A stretch of DNA of 64,000 nt from an uncultured Poribacteria bacterium. GTDB taxonomy: Bacteria > Poribacteria > WGA-4E > WGA-3G. Below the pieces are notes generated by a model. That model worked only from the letters and a program-made list of their open reading frames with translations. It was not told where the DNA came from and searched no databases. The stretch is from the NCBI GenBank assembly GCA_951813565.1, contig OX638351.1, positions 2,720,001 to 2,784,000 of the forward strand. Reading direction: 5' to 3'. The position numbers and the translations under genes were made by a program. Positions 18,637 through 28,536 of this stretch are shown one piece after another (position 1 is the stretch's first letter; the number at the start of each line of letters is the position of its first letter).

Positions 18637-19521
18637 TTATTCCCTCCACGATGTTTCGTGTTGCCACCCGACAGCGTTTTTGAGTTTGTCGCAATTGATA
18701 AATGATTGATGTCCTTTTAGCATTCGGACTTTTGGGAGAAATTCCGGCTTAAAACGTTCAACCAATTCAAGGGAAGTTTCTAAAGCAGAAGTGTCATCTG
18801 CGTTGAGAAAATATACATCATGTGGCGGAAGTGTATCTGCTTTTTCCATGATCAAACGGTGCGCACTTGCGACGTCTTCGCTTCCGACCCAACACCAGAG
18901 CCATGGAGTCCAACCTGTTGTCGGTTTTGCATTTTCTGCCATCTGCTTTCTGCGTTCTTCTGGTGTGATACCGGCAGGGCGGGTGATATAGGTTCGGATA
19001 CCGTAAGCACGGGTATAACTCGCTAATAGGTCTTCACCGCAACGTTTAGAGAAACTGTAGGAATCTTCTGGATAGCACGGATGTTCTTCGTCTAAAGGCA
19101 GATAGTCAATCGGCATGTGTGTTTTGCTGATGCGGAACCCGTGCCCTAATGCGCAATTACTGCCGGACATCACCACCGTTTGAACATCAGCTTCAATTGC
19201 GGCTTGCATCAGATAGTAAGTGCCGAGCATATTCGTTTTGAAAGTTGCGTCAAAGGGGATGCCTTTCTCTGCAGCACCGGCACGCATATCTGGATGATCG
19301 ACGGGACCAGGCTGCGCGCCGAGGTGTTGGATTGCGTCTACGCCATCAACAGCGCGTTGACAGTCTTCAAAATTGTTTAGATCGCCTTGGACAAATGGCA
19401 GCTTAGAAAATTCATCGGGCGGTCGTCTGCGGGACATTAGGACAAGTGTATGGCGTTCTGCTAATTCTCGAATGACATACGTACCGAGTCTACCGCTTGC
19501 ACCAGTTATCAATACTTTCAT
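18637..19521 (-). CDS. NAD-dependent epimerase/dehydratase (extended SDR)
   Basis: ITGASGRLG, YSFSK. Confidence 0.88.
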   Translation of the reverse strand: MKVLITGASGRLGTYVIRELAERHTLVLMSRRRPPDEFSKLPFVQGDLNNFEDCQRAVDGVDAIQHLGAQPGPVDHPDMRAGAAEKGIPFDATFKTNMLGTYYLMQAAIEADVQTVVMSGSNCALGHGFRISKTHMPIDYLPLDEEHPCYPEDSYSFSKRCGEDLLASYTRAYGIRTYITRPAGITPEERRKQMAENAKPTTGWTPWLWCWVGSEDVASAHRLIMEKADTLPPHDVYFLNADDTSALETSLELVERFKPEFLPKVRMLKGHQSFINCDKLKNAVGWQHETSWRE

Positions 19522-19569
19522 GAAAATCCTTTCACATCAATTCAACGATGGTTAAATGGAAGAATTCAG

Positions 19570-19635
19570 TTGACAGGTGTTAGTGTGTTGTCTATTATTG
19601 TTATGGTATTATAGCACTACTAAAGATTTTGTCAA
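19570..19635. promoter_or_regulatory. Face-to-face divergent sigma70-type promoters
   Basis: Plus strand TTGACA-N17-TATTAT; minus strand TTGACA-N16-TATAAT. Confidence 0.55.
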
Positions 19636-19651
19636 GTGAACCGTATCTGTA

Positions 19652-19766
19652 GGGTGTGTAAAGTTTTTGTAGAAATCCGCACAACTCCTATTGTAGGGGC
19701 GGGACCCCGCCCTACAGTGGAAAACGCCGCGTAATCATCGCAATGTAACCAAATATTTACACACCC
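19652..19766 (+). mobile_element. Short GGGTGTGTAAA MITE
   Basis: GGGTGTGTAAA...TTTACACACCC; target duplication GTATCTGTA (19643-19651 and 19767-19775). Confidence 0.88.
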
Positions 19767-19789
19767 GTATCTGTAGAGGAGAAGTCTTA

Positions 19790-20824
19790 ATGTATAACGC
19801 AGAAAAACATTTTGGAAACTTATACGCTATTGTGCCGCGGAAATATGAATTTCAGGAAACGACACGAGAAGGATTGGTAGCATGGCAAGCCAATTTTCGT
19901 CCGGAATTGCGGGAAGTACTCGGTTTAGACAACATGGAATCTGACCTTGCTGGTTATGTCCCGAAAGCGGAACAACTGGAAGTTTTGGATATGGACAACC
20001 ATATTCGCGAGAGTTGGTATTTGTGGGTAGAACCGACAGTGCCGCTGCCGTTCTATCTGATCCGCCCGAAAACAATTGAAGGGAAAGTCCCACTAATCCT
20101 TGCACCGCATGGTCATAACCATCCGCATATTTACGCTGGTATTGCTCATTCTGAAAAAGAGGAGAAGGAGATGGTGGAAGGTGAACGTGACATTGCTCGG
20201 CAAGCAGCAGTGGAGGAAGGATATATTGCTATTGCACCAACAACACGCGCGTTTGGTGAAACACGCACCGAAGCGGATAAGCAGAACAATAGCACACATT
20301 CATGCCGACATCAGTTAGTTCATAGCATACTTGTTGGCAGAACCCCGATCGGTGAACGGGTGTGGGATATGTCGCGTCTCATTGATTGGGCAATAGCTAA
20401 TCTTCCGGTAGATGCTGAACGGATAGCGATTACTGGCAATTCTGGTGGTGGCACGGTGTCACTTTTCGCGGCGGCGTGTGAAACGCGCATTGCTGTGGCT
20501 GTGCCGAGCTGCTACTATTGCACGTTTGAAGGAAGCATCGGCACTATTCGACACTGTGAGTGCAACTATGTCCCTGGTGTGATGCGGTTAGGTGAGATGT
20601 ATGATGTTGCTGGGTTAATCGCGCCGCGTCCGTTTTGTGCAATTGCTGGACGGGATGATGGTATCTTTCCAATAGATCATGTAAAGTTCGCGTATGAACG
20701 ATTGAAGGAAATTTATACAGTCGCTGGTGTTGCGGATAGGTGTGAATTATTTATCGGTGATGGCGGACATCGCTATTACAAAGCAGGGGCTTGGCCGTTT
20801 GTGCGGCGATTTTTTGCGGAATAA
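19790..20824 (+). CDS. Alpha/beta hydrolase (dienelactone hydrolase/esterase-like)
   Basis: GNSGGG nucleophile motif, GRDDGIFP, GDGGH. Confidence 0.85.
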   Translation: MYNAEKHFGNLYAIVPRKYEFQETTREGLVAWQANFRPELREVLGLDNMESDLAGYVPKAEQLEVLDMDNHIRESWYLWVEPTVPLPFYLIRPKTIEGKVPLILAPHGHNHPHIYAGIAHSEKEEKEMVEGERDIARQAAVEEGYIAIAPTTRAFGETRTEADKQNNSTHSCRHQLVHSILVGRTPIGERVWDMSRLIDWAIANLPVDAERIAITGNSGGGTVSLFAAACETRIAVAVPSCYYCTFEGSIGTIRHCECNYVPGVMRLGEMYDVAGLIAPRPFCAIAGRDDGIFPIDHVKFAYERLKEIYTVAGVADRCELFIGDGGHRYYKAGAWPFVRRFFAE

Positions 20825-20825
20825 A

Positions 20826-22223
20826 CTAACGAGAGCCTTTTTTTATTGCCCACAACGTTTTCAAGATAATCTTTATATCCAGAGTAAGCGACCAGTTTTC
20901 AATATAGTAACGGTCATAGTTAACCCGATCTTCAAGAGAAGTATTGCCTCGTAAACCGTTGACCTGTGCCCAGCCAGTCATACCGGATTTGACGCGCTGT
21001 CGTGCCAGGTAATGTGGGACTGATTCTTGGAATGTCCCAATTAGTCCCGACATCTCTGGGCGCGGTCCCACGAGACTCATATCACCTTTAAGAACATTGA
21101 TAAATTGGGGTAATTCATCCAGACTCCAGCGTCTCAGAAACTTTCCGAGTGCAGTTTGCCGCGGATCGTCTGTTTTTGCCCACGTATGCCCAACGTTTTC
21201 TTCAGCATCAGCATGCATAGAGCGGAATTTATAGATTTTGAACCGCTTCCCTGCCCTACCGACGCGTTCTTGTCGGAAAATTGCTTTGCCGGGTGATGTT
21301 AGTCGAATAGTTGCCGCTATTATCAACATAAGAGGGCTTAATACTATCAATGCCAAAGAACTAAAAACGATGTCTACCAAACGCTTAACGATACCGCTTA
21401 CCCCTTGCATCGGTGTCTCGCGTAGTTGCAACATTGGTATACCGTCGAAAAACGTAACTGCTGTTCCACCACTGATAAATTCAGACAGCTCTGGTAGCAC
21501 ATTGATTTGAATGGGAACACCTTCACAAGCGTGCAGAATCTGTAGGATAGTGTCATTCGTTACCGTTGGAGATGCGATAAAAAGCATGTCAAGACGATGC
21601 ACTTGCACGAGTTCAAGAATGTCTTTACTATTGCCGAGATGTGGCATACGGTTTATCTCCGCATTTGCATCAATTATGCCTATTAATTTGTATCCACTAT
21701 TTGGTTTTTCATCTAAGGCATTGATGATTTTTTCGCCACGTTCGTCATAGCCTACGAGTGCTACACGACTCACGCCAACCCCTTGCGCTTGAACTGCTTG
21801 ACGGAAACGGTATAGGACAAGTCGTCCGAGGAACAACCAAACGAGGCTAAATCCTGTGGCAAGAAGCATTACCCACCGTGAATATGCATCGTGGTGAAAA
21901 ATAAAAAAGAGCACTGCTAACGTAGCAATAAGTGCGATAATTGAGGCTTTACAAAGCACCCAAAACGCTGAAAGCGTAGCATTACTTTCTGGACGGTAGA
22001 GTTTGAAACCTTTTAACGTCAATAACCAGATAATTGCTGTTACAGGAATTATCCGTAAGTAGTCGTCAAAGGGAGGTGTGCCTCCTTTGTGTAGTGCTAA
22101 CGCGTCAAGCCAACCTGATTCAAATCGCAGCCAATATGCTATGACAATTGCGGTGGCAATGAAACAGAGATCGCATAAAACTGTAAGTGCTATTAGCAGA
22201 TGATCAAGCGTTTTTTTGCTCAT
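20826..22223 (-). CDS. Undecaprenyl-phosphate sugar phosphotransferase (WcaJ family)
   Basis: N-terminal TM helices, KFRSM, SLDELPQFINVLKGDMSLVGPRPE, GWAQVNG. Confidence 0.92.
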   Translation of the reverse strand: MSKKTLDHLLIALTVLCDLCFIATAIVIAYWLRFESGWLDALALHKGGTPPFDDYLRIIPVTAIIWLLTLKGFKLYRPESNATLSAFWVLCKASIIALIATLAVLFFIFHHDAYSRWVMLLATGFSLVWLFLGRLVLYRFRQAVQAQGVGVSRVALVGYDERGEKIINALDEKPNSGYKLIGIIDANAEINRMPHLGNSKDILELVQVHRLDMLFIASPTVTNDTILQILHACEGVPIQINVLPELSEFISGGTAVTFFDGIPMLQLRETPMQGVSGIVKRLVDIVFSSLALIVLSPLMLIIAATIRLTSPGKAIFRQERVGRAGKRFKIYKFRSMHADAEENVGHTWAKTDDPRQTALGKFLRRWSLDELPQFINVLKGDMSLVGPRPEMSGLIGTFQESVPHYLARQRVKSGMTGWAQVNGLRGNTSLEDRVNYDRYYIENWSLTLDIKIILKTLWAIKKGSR

Positions 22224-22339
22224 GAGTGGCGTTTGCAGGCTTCCGTTGTTTGCTGTGCTAAACTTGCCTCTTATATGTCGTGGAATGCTTCATTATTATA
22301 CCGTGTTCTATTTTAGAAATCAACTTAAGACTTTGATCT

Positions 22340-22739
22340 GGGTGTGTAAATATTTGGTTACATAGGTTCAATTTGCAATAGACATTCTAATGATTTAATC
22401 TGCGTTGTGTTGTCAGAATCGCGGATTATCGCAGATTTATCGGATGACGCGGATTTTAAGAACTTTGTATCCGCACATTCAACGGACGCATGCACGCCTT
22501 CTGTTATTGACCGGACATTATGAAAACGACTTGTTGTTACCAGTATCCAATAATCCGTGCCATCTGCGTCATCCGATAAATCCGCGATTCAGAAAGTTGC
22601 GCGCGATGCCTCATCTGCCCAACGGACAAACATAAGATTTTTCCGCAGACCAATAACTCACAATTAAAACGTTATAATGTCTAATGATTACGCGGCGTTT
22701 CCACTGTAGGGCGGATTTCTACAAAAACTTTACACACCC
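22340..22739 (-). mobile_element. GGGTGTGTAAA MITE (inverted) containing a nested element
   Basis: TIRs present; target duplication CTTTGATCT (22331-22339 and 22740-22748). Confidence 0.88.
22380..22682. mobile_element. Nested MITE with AGACATT termini and 3-bp AAT duplication
   Basis: 17/20 TIR; the empty site is seen in the 63746 copy; internal inverted repeats of about 45 bp (GAATCGCGGATT...AATCCGCGATTC). Confidence 0.8.
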
Positions 22740-22981
22740 CTTTGATCTGGCAGAGACATTCAGTTTGATTTTCTGAGTGAAGTTTGGAAAAAATCAGGGT
22801 TACATACATAAAAATCGGGCGGACAAAGCCCTCCTACAAGAGAGGGAAAGGGTTGCTCCTACAAGGAGAGATATGATCGGAAGATTTTACCTATAAAGAA
22901 TTCGTGATTGGGTAGGAAACATTACTGATAAATTAATCACGATGTGCTATGCTATTTCTATATTTAAAAGGAGGGACAAAC

Positions 22982-24069
22982 ATGGCGAATAAAATAAAGG
23001 TGGGGATTGTTGGGGCGCATCGGGGAAGTTCTTATTTTCAACCGTTTAGCACGATAGCGGAAACCGATGTCACAGCGGTATGTGACATCAATGAGGCTAC
23101 ACTTCAAAACGTTGCAGAACGGTTTAATGTTCCACATCAATTTACAGATTATTCAGAAATGTTAGATGCGGTTGACCTTGTAGTACTTGCTACACCTGAG
23201 AACCTTCACGTTCCGCAGTCGATAGAAGCGTTGGAAGCAGGAAAACACGTCATCAGTGAGGTAACCGCTGCTGTCAAGTTAGAGGAATGTTATGACCTTG
23301 TTCGTGCGGTTCGGAAGTCGTCTGCTAAGTGGACAATGGCTGAAAACACCTGCTATTCTAAGCATAATGTGTTAATCCGCAATATGGTAGAGACAGGCAT
23401 GTTTGGTGATGTGTATTTCGGGGAAGGAGAGTATGTCCATAACATCAAATCACTTCATCACGATGCGGATGGCAACCCGACGTGGCGTTACTACTGGCAG
23501 GTAGGCATTAATCGATGCAATTATGCGACACACAGCCTCGGTCCAGTTCTGCAGTGGTTTGGTGAACGCGTCGTGAGTGTTTGTTGTCTCGGCACAGGGG
23601 TTAATACTGATCCTGAGCATGCGATGGAGGATACAGTGATGATGCTTTGTAAAACGGAAAGCGGTGGGTTAATCAAGATTCGGATTGATATGCTCTCGAA
23701 TCGTCCTGCAAATTCTTATTTTAGTCTGCAAGGGACGAAAGGGTGTTATGAGAGTTCACGTGGGTTGGGTGCTGCACCAAAGATTTGGTTGAGTGAGTTT
23801 GGCATAAGTGAGCAATGGCGACCGTTCTCTCAATTTGATGACTTGCTGCCTGAACGGTGGAAAAATCCGCCTGCTGAGGCGCAGAATGTTGGGGACCTTG
23901 GGGAATATTTTAAGGTGCGCGATTTGTTGATAGCATTCTCAACGATACACCGCCACCGATTGATGTTTATACATCTATGGATTTTACGGTGCCGGGGTTG
24001 GTTTCGGAACAATCTATTGCAAACGGCGGCGCACCGGTGGAAGTTCCAGATTTTCGGGAGGTTGATTAA
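22982..24069 (+). CDS. Gfo/Idh/MocA-family oxidoreductase with apparent -1 frameshift near 23923
   Basis: GKHVISEV, YATHSLGP; adding one T restores VRDFVDSILNDTPPPIDVY...VEVPDFREVD*. Confidence 0.8.
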
Positions 24070-24257
24070 TCGGAAACAACCTTTGCCTCTTCTTCTACAG
24101 GCTTAAAGACAAGTCCGCAGCTGCTACATCGGTATCCACTTTCCGGTTTTGACTCTACAACAGGGAATAGCATACCACAACAAGTTGGACAAGGTTCATC
24201 AATTTCCATTTCTGCCTGCTCCATTTCGCCAGAACGGTTTTCAAATTCTACAAGCAT
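24066..24257 (-). CDS. Small zinc-ribbon protein
   Basis: CPTC...CSSC; directly follows the rhodanese gene. Confidence 0.65.
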   Translation of the reverse strand: MLVEFENRSGEMEQAEMEIDEPCPTCCGMLFPVVESKPESGYRCSSCGLVFKPVEEEAKVVSD

Positions 24258-24260
24258 ATT

Positions 24261-24596
24261 TTAATATCTCCTTAGCGTTGGGTCAATTTCGACTGCCCAC
24301 TGGTCAATCCCACCAACAAGGTTTTTAGATTCGGTAAACCCATTTTGATGTAGATAGGCAGTAGCATAAAGACTACGTTGTCCATGATGGCAATAGACAA
24401 CAATTTCTTGGTCTGATGGGAGGTTGTCTATGTGATGCGGTAATGTGTTGAGTGGGACTAACAGCGCACCTTCAATATGCACGATGTCGTATTCATTTTG
24501 TTCACGGACGTCCAGTAACAACACAGACTCATTTTCGTCTAATTTCTGTTTTAGTTCTTGCGGTGAAATTTCGGGGAGTGAGGGTTTTGTCTGCAT
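24261..24596 (-). CDS. Single-domain rhodanese/sulfurtransferase
   Basis: LLDVRE, VVYCHHGQRS, LVGGIDQW. Confidence 0.92.
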   Translation of the reverse strand: MQTKPSLPEISPQELKQKLDENESVLLLDVREQNEYDIVHIEGALLVPLNTLPHHIDNLPSDQEIVVYCHHGQRSLYATAYLHQNGFTESKNLVGGIDQWAVEIDPTLRRY

Positions 24597-24991
24597 TATT
24601 CAGTTTCTTCCTCGTTTTGAATAGGTGGCAACGGTGCACATTCTGGACACGGACATGTCTCGCGCAGGATTTCAAATGGATAGATACCGGTATTATGTCC
24701 ATCGTCCCAACTGAATTGGAGCGCGTAACGACCAACTAACTGAATATCAAGCGGTTGAATATCGTCTGAAACTTCAATTAGCGTTATATCTCCATCGCCT
24801 TGTGGTGAAAAAAGAGAATGGACATCCTTACCTTCGTGCCGAATGATAGCACATTCAGCACACGGACACATCTGTCTGAGATAACGATACGGATACCAGC
24901 TGGCGTGTCCATCTTTCCATTCAATTTGGAAGGCATCATCATGTTTTTTGAGGGTTTTCGGACTTTTTTCAACTATTGTCATGTTCCTCAT
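24596..24991 (-). CDS. DUF971 / GBBH-like N-terminal domain protein
   Basis: LRQMCPCAEC, VGRYALQFSWDDGHNTGIY. Confidence 0.88.
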   Translation of the reverse strand: MRNMTIVEKSPKTLKKHDDAFQIEWKDGHASWYPYRYLRQMCPCAECAIIRHEGKDVHSLFSPQGDGDITLIEVSDDIQPLDIQLVGRYALQFSWDDGHNTGIYPFEILRETCPCPECAPLPPIQNEEETE

Positions 24992-25021
24992 CGTTCACAC
25001 AAATTGAGAGGTTCTGAAATA

Positions 25022-25137
25022 TTATAGTAAAATCCAATAATATGTTCACATTTCAATGAACAGCAATTCCCACACACATGCGCTGGCGAGGTTTCCTAAC
25101 CTCGCCAATGTAAAGGTAATTGTGAATTTTACTATAA
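25022..25137. mobile_element. MITE with TTATAGTAAAAT termini (IS630-like) carrying a REP-like hairpin
   Basis: Perfect 12-bp TIR; internal TGGCGAGGTTTCCTAACCTCGCCA. Confidence 0.65.
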
Positions 25138-25166
25138 GTGTAAAACATAAACCTTGATGTGAATAC

Positions 25167-25535
25167 TTAGGAAAAACCTATAATATTTTCAGAAGCACTC
25201 CGAATTCTTTCTAAAACAGCATCTACTGTTTCTGTTGGCAAGGAACAGATATACTCCGCTCTTCTCGCTCGCCAATCCATAGTCCGAATTTGATCTGCAA
25301 GGATAACCCCATCAACTTCTAACCCTTCAGGAATCGTAATTGCAAACGGATTCCATTGTTCTCTTGCACTGCTCCGCGTAATCGGACAAAGAACGACTAA
25401 ACTGGTTTTATCGTTAAAATCTTTGGTAGTTAAAACAACAGCAGGTCGACGACCAGCCTGTTCATGTTCAGTTTGAGGATTGAAGCCAATCCATATCGCA
25501 TCTCCGCGTAATGGAACGTTTGTTAACCCTACCAT
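25167..25535 (-). CDS. mazF: PemK/MazF-family endoribonuclease toxin
   Basis: RGDAIWIGFNPQ.EHEQAGRRPAVVL, CPIT, LADQIRTMDWRAR. Confidence 0.88.
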   Translation of the reverse strand: MVGLTNVPLRGDAIWIGFNPQTEHEQAGRRPAVVLTTKDFNDKTSLVVLCPITRSSAREQWNPFAITIPEGLEVDGVILADQIRTMDWRARRAEYICSLPTETVDAVLERIRSASENIIGFS

Positions 25536-25915
25536 ACTTCATTGCCCACAGGCGGGCCAGTGTCTATTTCATCATGTGAACTATTTTCTTTTACCTGATC
25601 TAATAGGTCTTTCAGTGTATAGTCGGGGCGTTTTATAGAATCGCTCCCTTTTTCTGCCCGCGGGGGACCGAATGGGACATCTTTTGCCTTCTTGCTGTTT
25701 GAGCCATCCTCTGGCATTTGTGCCAACAGATCTTCTAACGTACAGTCGGGGCGTTTTATAGAATCGCTCCCTTTTTCACGACGAGGTGGTCCAAACTCAC
25801 TTACTTCTTTCTCTGTTGGAGGCCGGTCTGTCTGTTCTCGGTTAACGGACTGCAAATAACAGAGATACGCTATTATGATCACGCATTCAGTGGAAGTAAA
25901 CATATTTTCTGACAT
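25529..25915 (-). CDS. Atypical MazE-like antitoxin with internally duplicated segment
   Basis: MazE-like C-terminus YTLKDLL...EIDTGPPVGNEVW overlapping mazF; no AbrB N-terminus recognisable. Confidence 0.65.
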   Translation of the reverse strand: MSENMFTSTECVIIIAYLCYLQSVNREQTDRPPTEKEVSEFGPPRREKGSDSIKRPDCTLEDLLAQMPEDGSNSKKAKDVPFGPPRAEKGSDSIKRPDYTLKDLLDQVKENSSHDEIDTGPPVGNEVW

Positions 25916-25973
25916 GATCCTACTCCTTATGCGTGTATACTTGAAATGACAGGATTTATTAGTAGGAAATGTG

Positions 25974-26183
25974 CTATACGACTACCCCAATCCGGATATT
26001 TTCTGGCAATGAGCGTCCTAACTCTTGATAGAGTTCCATGACTGCTTTAAAAGCATCTTTGACGTTTTCTAATGATTCGTCTAACGAATCGCCCTCGGTA
26101 ACCAATTCAGGCAACAGCGGAGAAGTCACTGTATAGCCGCCTTCAGGTTGTGGTGTCAGAACAAGGGGTATTTTGTATTCCAT
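25974..26183 (-). CDS. hicB: Orphan HicB-family antitoxin (short form)
   Basis: EGGYTVTSPLLPELVTEGDSLDESLENVKDA. Confidence 0.8.
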   Translation of the reverse strand: MEYKIPLVLTPQPEGGYTVTSPLLPELVTEGDSLDESLENVKDAFKAVMELYQELGRSLPENIRIGVVV

Positions 26184-26201
26184 CAGGACCTCATAAACGT
26201 G

Positions 26202-26501
26202 TTAAAAGATGCCGAGTTCGTCCTTCGCTTCTTCGCTCATCAATTCGGGGGTCCAACGCGGTGTCCAGACGACATTCACGTTGACCTCTTCAACACCATC
26301 CATCTGTTGTGTAACGTGTTGTGTGCCGTTGACAATCTGTCCACCAGCTGGACATCCAGGACTTGTTAGAGTCATCGTTATATCCACAGTTGTGTCGTCA
26401 ATGTCAACGTCGTAGATAAGTCCCATATCAACGATGTTGATACCGATTTCGGGGTCAATTATTTCTTTGATAGATTCTAAAACAGATTCTTCTGATACCA
26501 T
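26202..26501 (-). CDS. sufT: DUF59 / SufT-like Fe-S assembly factor
   Basis: DPEIGINIVDMGLIY, MTLTSPGCP. Confidence 0.88.
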   Translation of the reverse strand: MVSEESVLESIKEIIDPEIGINIVDMGLIYDVDIDDTTVDITMTLTSPGCPAGGQIVNGTQHVTQQMDGVEEVNVNVVWTPRWTPELMSEEAKDELGIF

Positions 26502-26551
26502 CTTTTTTCCTCCTATAGTGACTATGGTAATCCACTCTGATGAGGTAGTGG

Positions 26552-26863
26552 TTAATCAATGCTAACCAATATCTCATCGTCCTCAATTTTGACAGGAAAA
26601 CATTCAATGTCTTCAACAGCGGGCATGCAGAGTGCTTTTCCGGTTTTGACACAAAATCGTGCGCCGTGCCGTGGACATTCTATCGCATCCCCATCCAAAA
26701 AGCCTTCACCTAAAGGACCTCCATCATGTGTGCAAACATCTTCCATCGCGTAAAATTCGCCTTCCACGTTAAAGAGTAGCACAGGGACGAAATCTACTTC
26801 AACCAATTTTTTTGTGCCGGGTGGCACTTCACTTACTTTCGCTGTTTTGTAAAATTCTGCCAT
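26552..26863 (-). CDS. Rieske-type ferredoxin
   Basis: CTH...CPRH. Confidence 0.92.
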   Translation of the reverse strand: MAEFYKTAKVSEVPPGTKKLVEVDFVPVLLFNVEGEFYAMEDVCTHDGGPLGEGFLDGDAIECPRHGARFCVKTGKALCMPAVEDIECFPVKIEDDEILVSID

Positions 26864-26874
26864 TTGTTCCTTTC

Positions 26875-27264
26875 TTATTCATTTTCCTCGCCGGGCCAGC
26901 CTTTGATGCCGTAAGCACCCGCTTTTAAAACTTTGAGCGCCAATAAAGCGCATTTTACGCGGACGGGTCCTAACGGGATGCCGATCATATCCATAATGTC
27001 ATCTCTGGAAAGTTTTTTGACTTCCTCAAGGGATTTTCCTACAATCTCTTCAGTTAGCATAGAAGCGGTGGCTAAACTAATGGTACAGCCGTGTCCAGAA
27101 AAACGCACCTCTTTGATAGCGTCATCCTCAACAATCAGGTCAATCCGAATTTTGTCTCCACAGAGCGGATTATCCTCTTCGTGTGAGATATCTGGGTTTG
27201 GGAGTGTCCCATAGTTGCTGGGATTTTCGTAATGGTCCAATAGTTCTTCCTGATATATGTTCAT
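26875..27264 (-). CDS. sufU: SufU/IscU-type protein
   Basis: NPLCGD, GCTIS, RVKCA. Confidence 0.9.
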   Translation of the reverse strand: MNIYQEELLDHYENPSNYGTLPNPDISHEEDNPLCGDKIRIDLIVEDDAIKEVRFSGHGCTISLATASMLTEEIVGKSLEEVKKLSRDDIMDMIGIPLGPVRVKCALLALKVLKAGAYGIKGWPGEENE

Positions 27265-28520
27265 TTATTTCTCCGAGTCATGAGAGTCTGTGCTTTTTGC
27301 AGCCCTTCGTATAAACGATCTACATCTTCAAATGTGTTGTATAAGTAAAAACTGGCACGGGCAGTAGCGATAACATCCAATTTTTTCATCAGCGGTTGCG
27401 CGCAGTGATGCCCCGCACGGATTGCGACGTTATGCGTATCCAAAATGCCAGCGATGTCATGTGGATGGATGCCCTCCATATTAAAGGAGATGACACCTGC
27501 TTTCTGATGTGGTGCCGGTCCGTAAAGCGTGATGCCTTCAATTTCTTGTAGTTTATCATGTGCATATTTAAGCAGTTCCTGTTCATGCACATGAATTGAT
27601 GCTAATCCTGCTTGCGTAATATAATCTACGGCAGCACCGAGTCCGATTGCCTCAGCGATGCTTGGCGTGCCTGCCTCAAATTTTGCTGGCACATCTGCAT
27701 AGGTTGAAATATCGCGTTCAACAGAACGAATCATTGACCCGCCGCCGAGAAACGGTGGCATCTCCTCAAGTAGTTCCAATTTGCCGTATAGGACACCAAC
27801 ACCGGTCGGGCCACACATCTTATGTCCAGAAAATGCAAGAAAATCGCAATCTAACTGCTGCACGTCAACATGAAAGTGTGGAACAGATTGCGCTGCATCT
27901 ACAATAACCTTCGCACCTGCAGCGTGTGCTGCGTCAATAACAGACTGCATCGGGTTAATCGTGCCGAGAACGTTAGAGACATGCGTTATCGCAACCAACT
28001 TTGTTTTTTCGGAAAGCACATCGCGGAGCTGCGTAAAGTCAAGCAAGCCTTCATCGGTTATCTCAAGGAATCGGAGCGATGCGCCGGTGCGTTGTGCAAG
28101 CAGTTGCCACGGAACAAGGTTACTATGGTGCTCAAGATCAGTGAGAACGATCTCATCACCTTGTTGGATATTTAGACTTCCCCAACTGTATGCAACGAGG
28201 TTGATAGACTCTGTGGTATTCCGCGTAAAGACAATTTGGCTTGTCCGCGGTGCGTTAATCAACCGTGCGACTTTCTGTCGTGCTTTTTCGTATTGATCTG
28301 TCGCCTCCTCTGAAATCCGATAGATGCCGCGATGGATATTGGAACGATAGGTATCATAATACGCGTCCATTGCCTCAACAACAGGGCGCGGTGTTTGTGT
28401 TGACGCAGCACTGTCGAGAAATGCTAACGGCGGCGTGTCCGCAAAAATTGGAAAATCTTTGCGAATGGCTTGGAGATCAAGTGGACGAAAATCGGAGGTT
28501 TGCATTGTTTTTTGTGTCAT
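27261..28520 (-). CDS. sufS: Cysteine desulfurase, SufS type
   Basis: LDSAASTQ, EHHSN, SGHKMCGP, RAGHHCA. Confidence 0.95.
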   Translation of the reverse strand: MTQKTMQTSDFRPLDLQAIRKDFPIFADTPPLAFLDSAASTQTPRPVVEAMDAYYDTYRSNIHRGIYRISEEATDQYEKARQKVARLINAPRTSQIVFTRNTTESINLVAYSWGSLNIQQGDEIVLTDLEHHSNLVPWQLLAQRTGASLRFLEITDEGLLDFTQLRDVLSEKTKLVAITHVSNVLGTINPMQSVIDAAHAAGAKVIVDAAQSVPHFHVDVQQLDCDFLAFSGHKMCGPTGVGVLYGKLELLEEMPPFLGGGSMIRSVERDISTYADVPAKFEAGTPSIAEAIGLGAAVDYITQAGLASIHVHEQELLKYAHDKLQEIEGITLYGPAPHQKAGVISFNMEGIHPHDIAGILDTHNVAIRAGHHCAQPLMKKLDVIATARASFYLYNTFEDVDRLYEGLQKAQTLMTRRNK

Positions 28521-28536
28521 ATCAGCTCCAACTGAT

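Noticed and set aside
22405..22635. Short ORFs inside MITEs (also 31445-31663, 31584-31802 and the extension 17001-17162)
   Set aside because: They lie within palindromic repeat elements and show no transposase or other motifs
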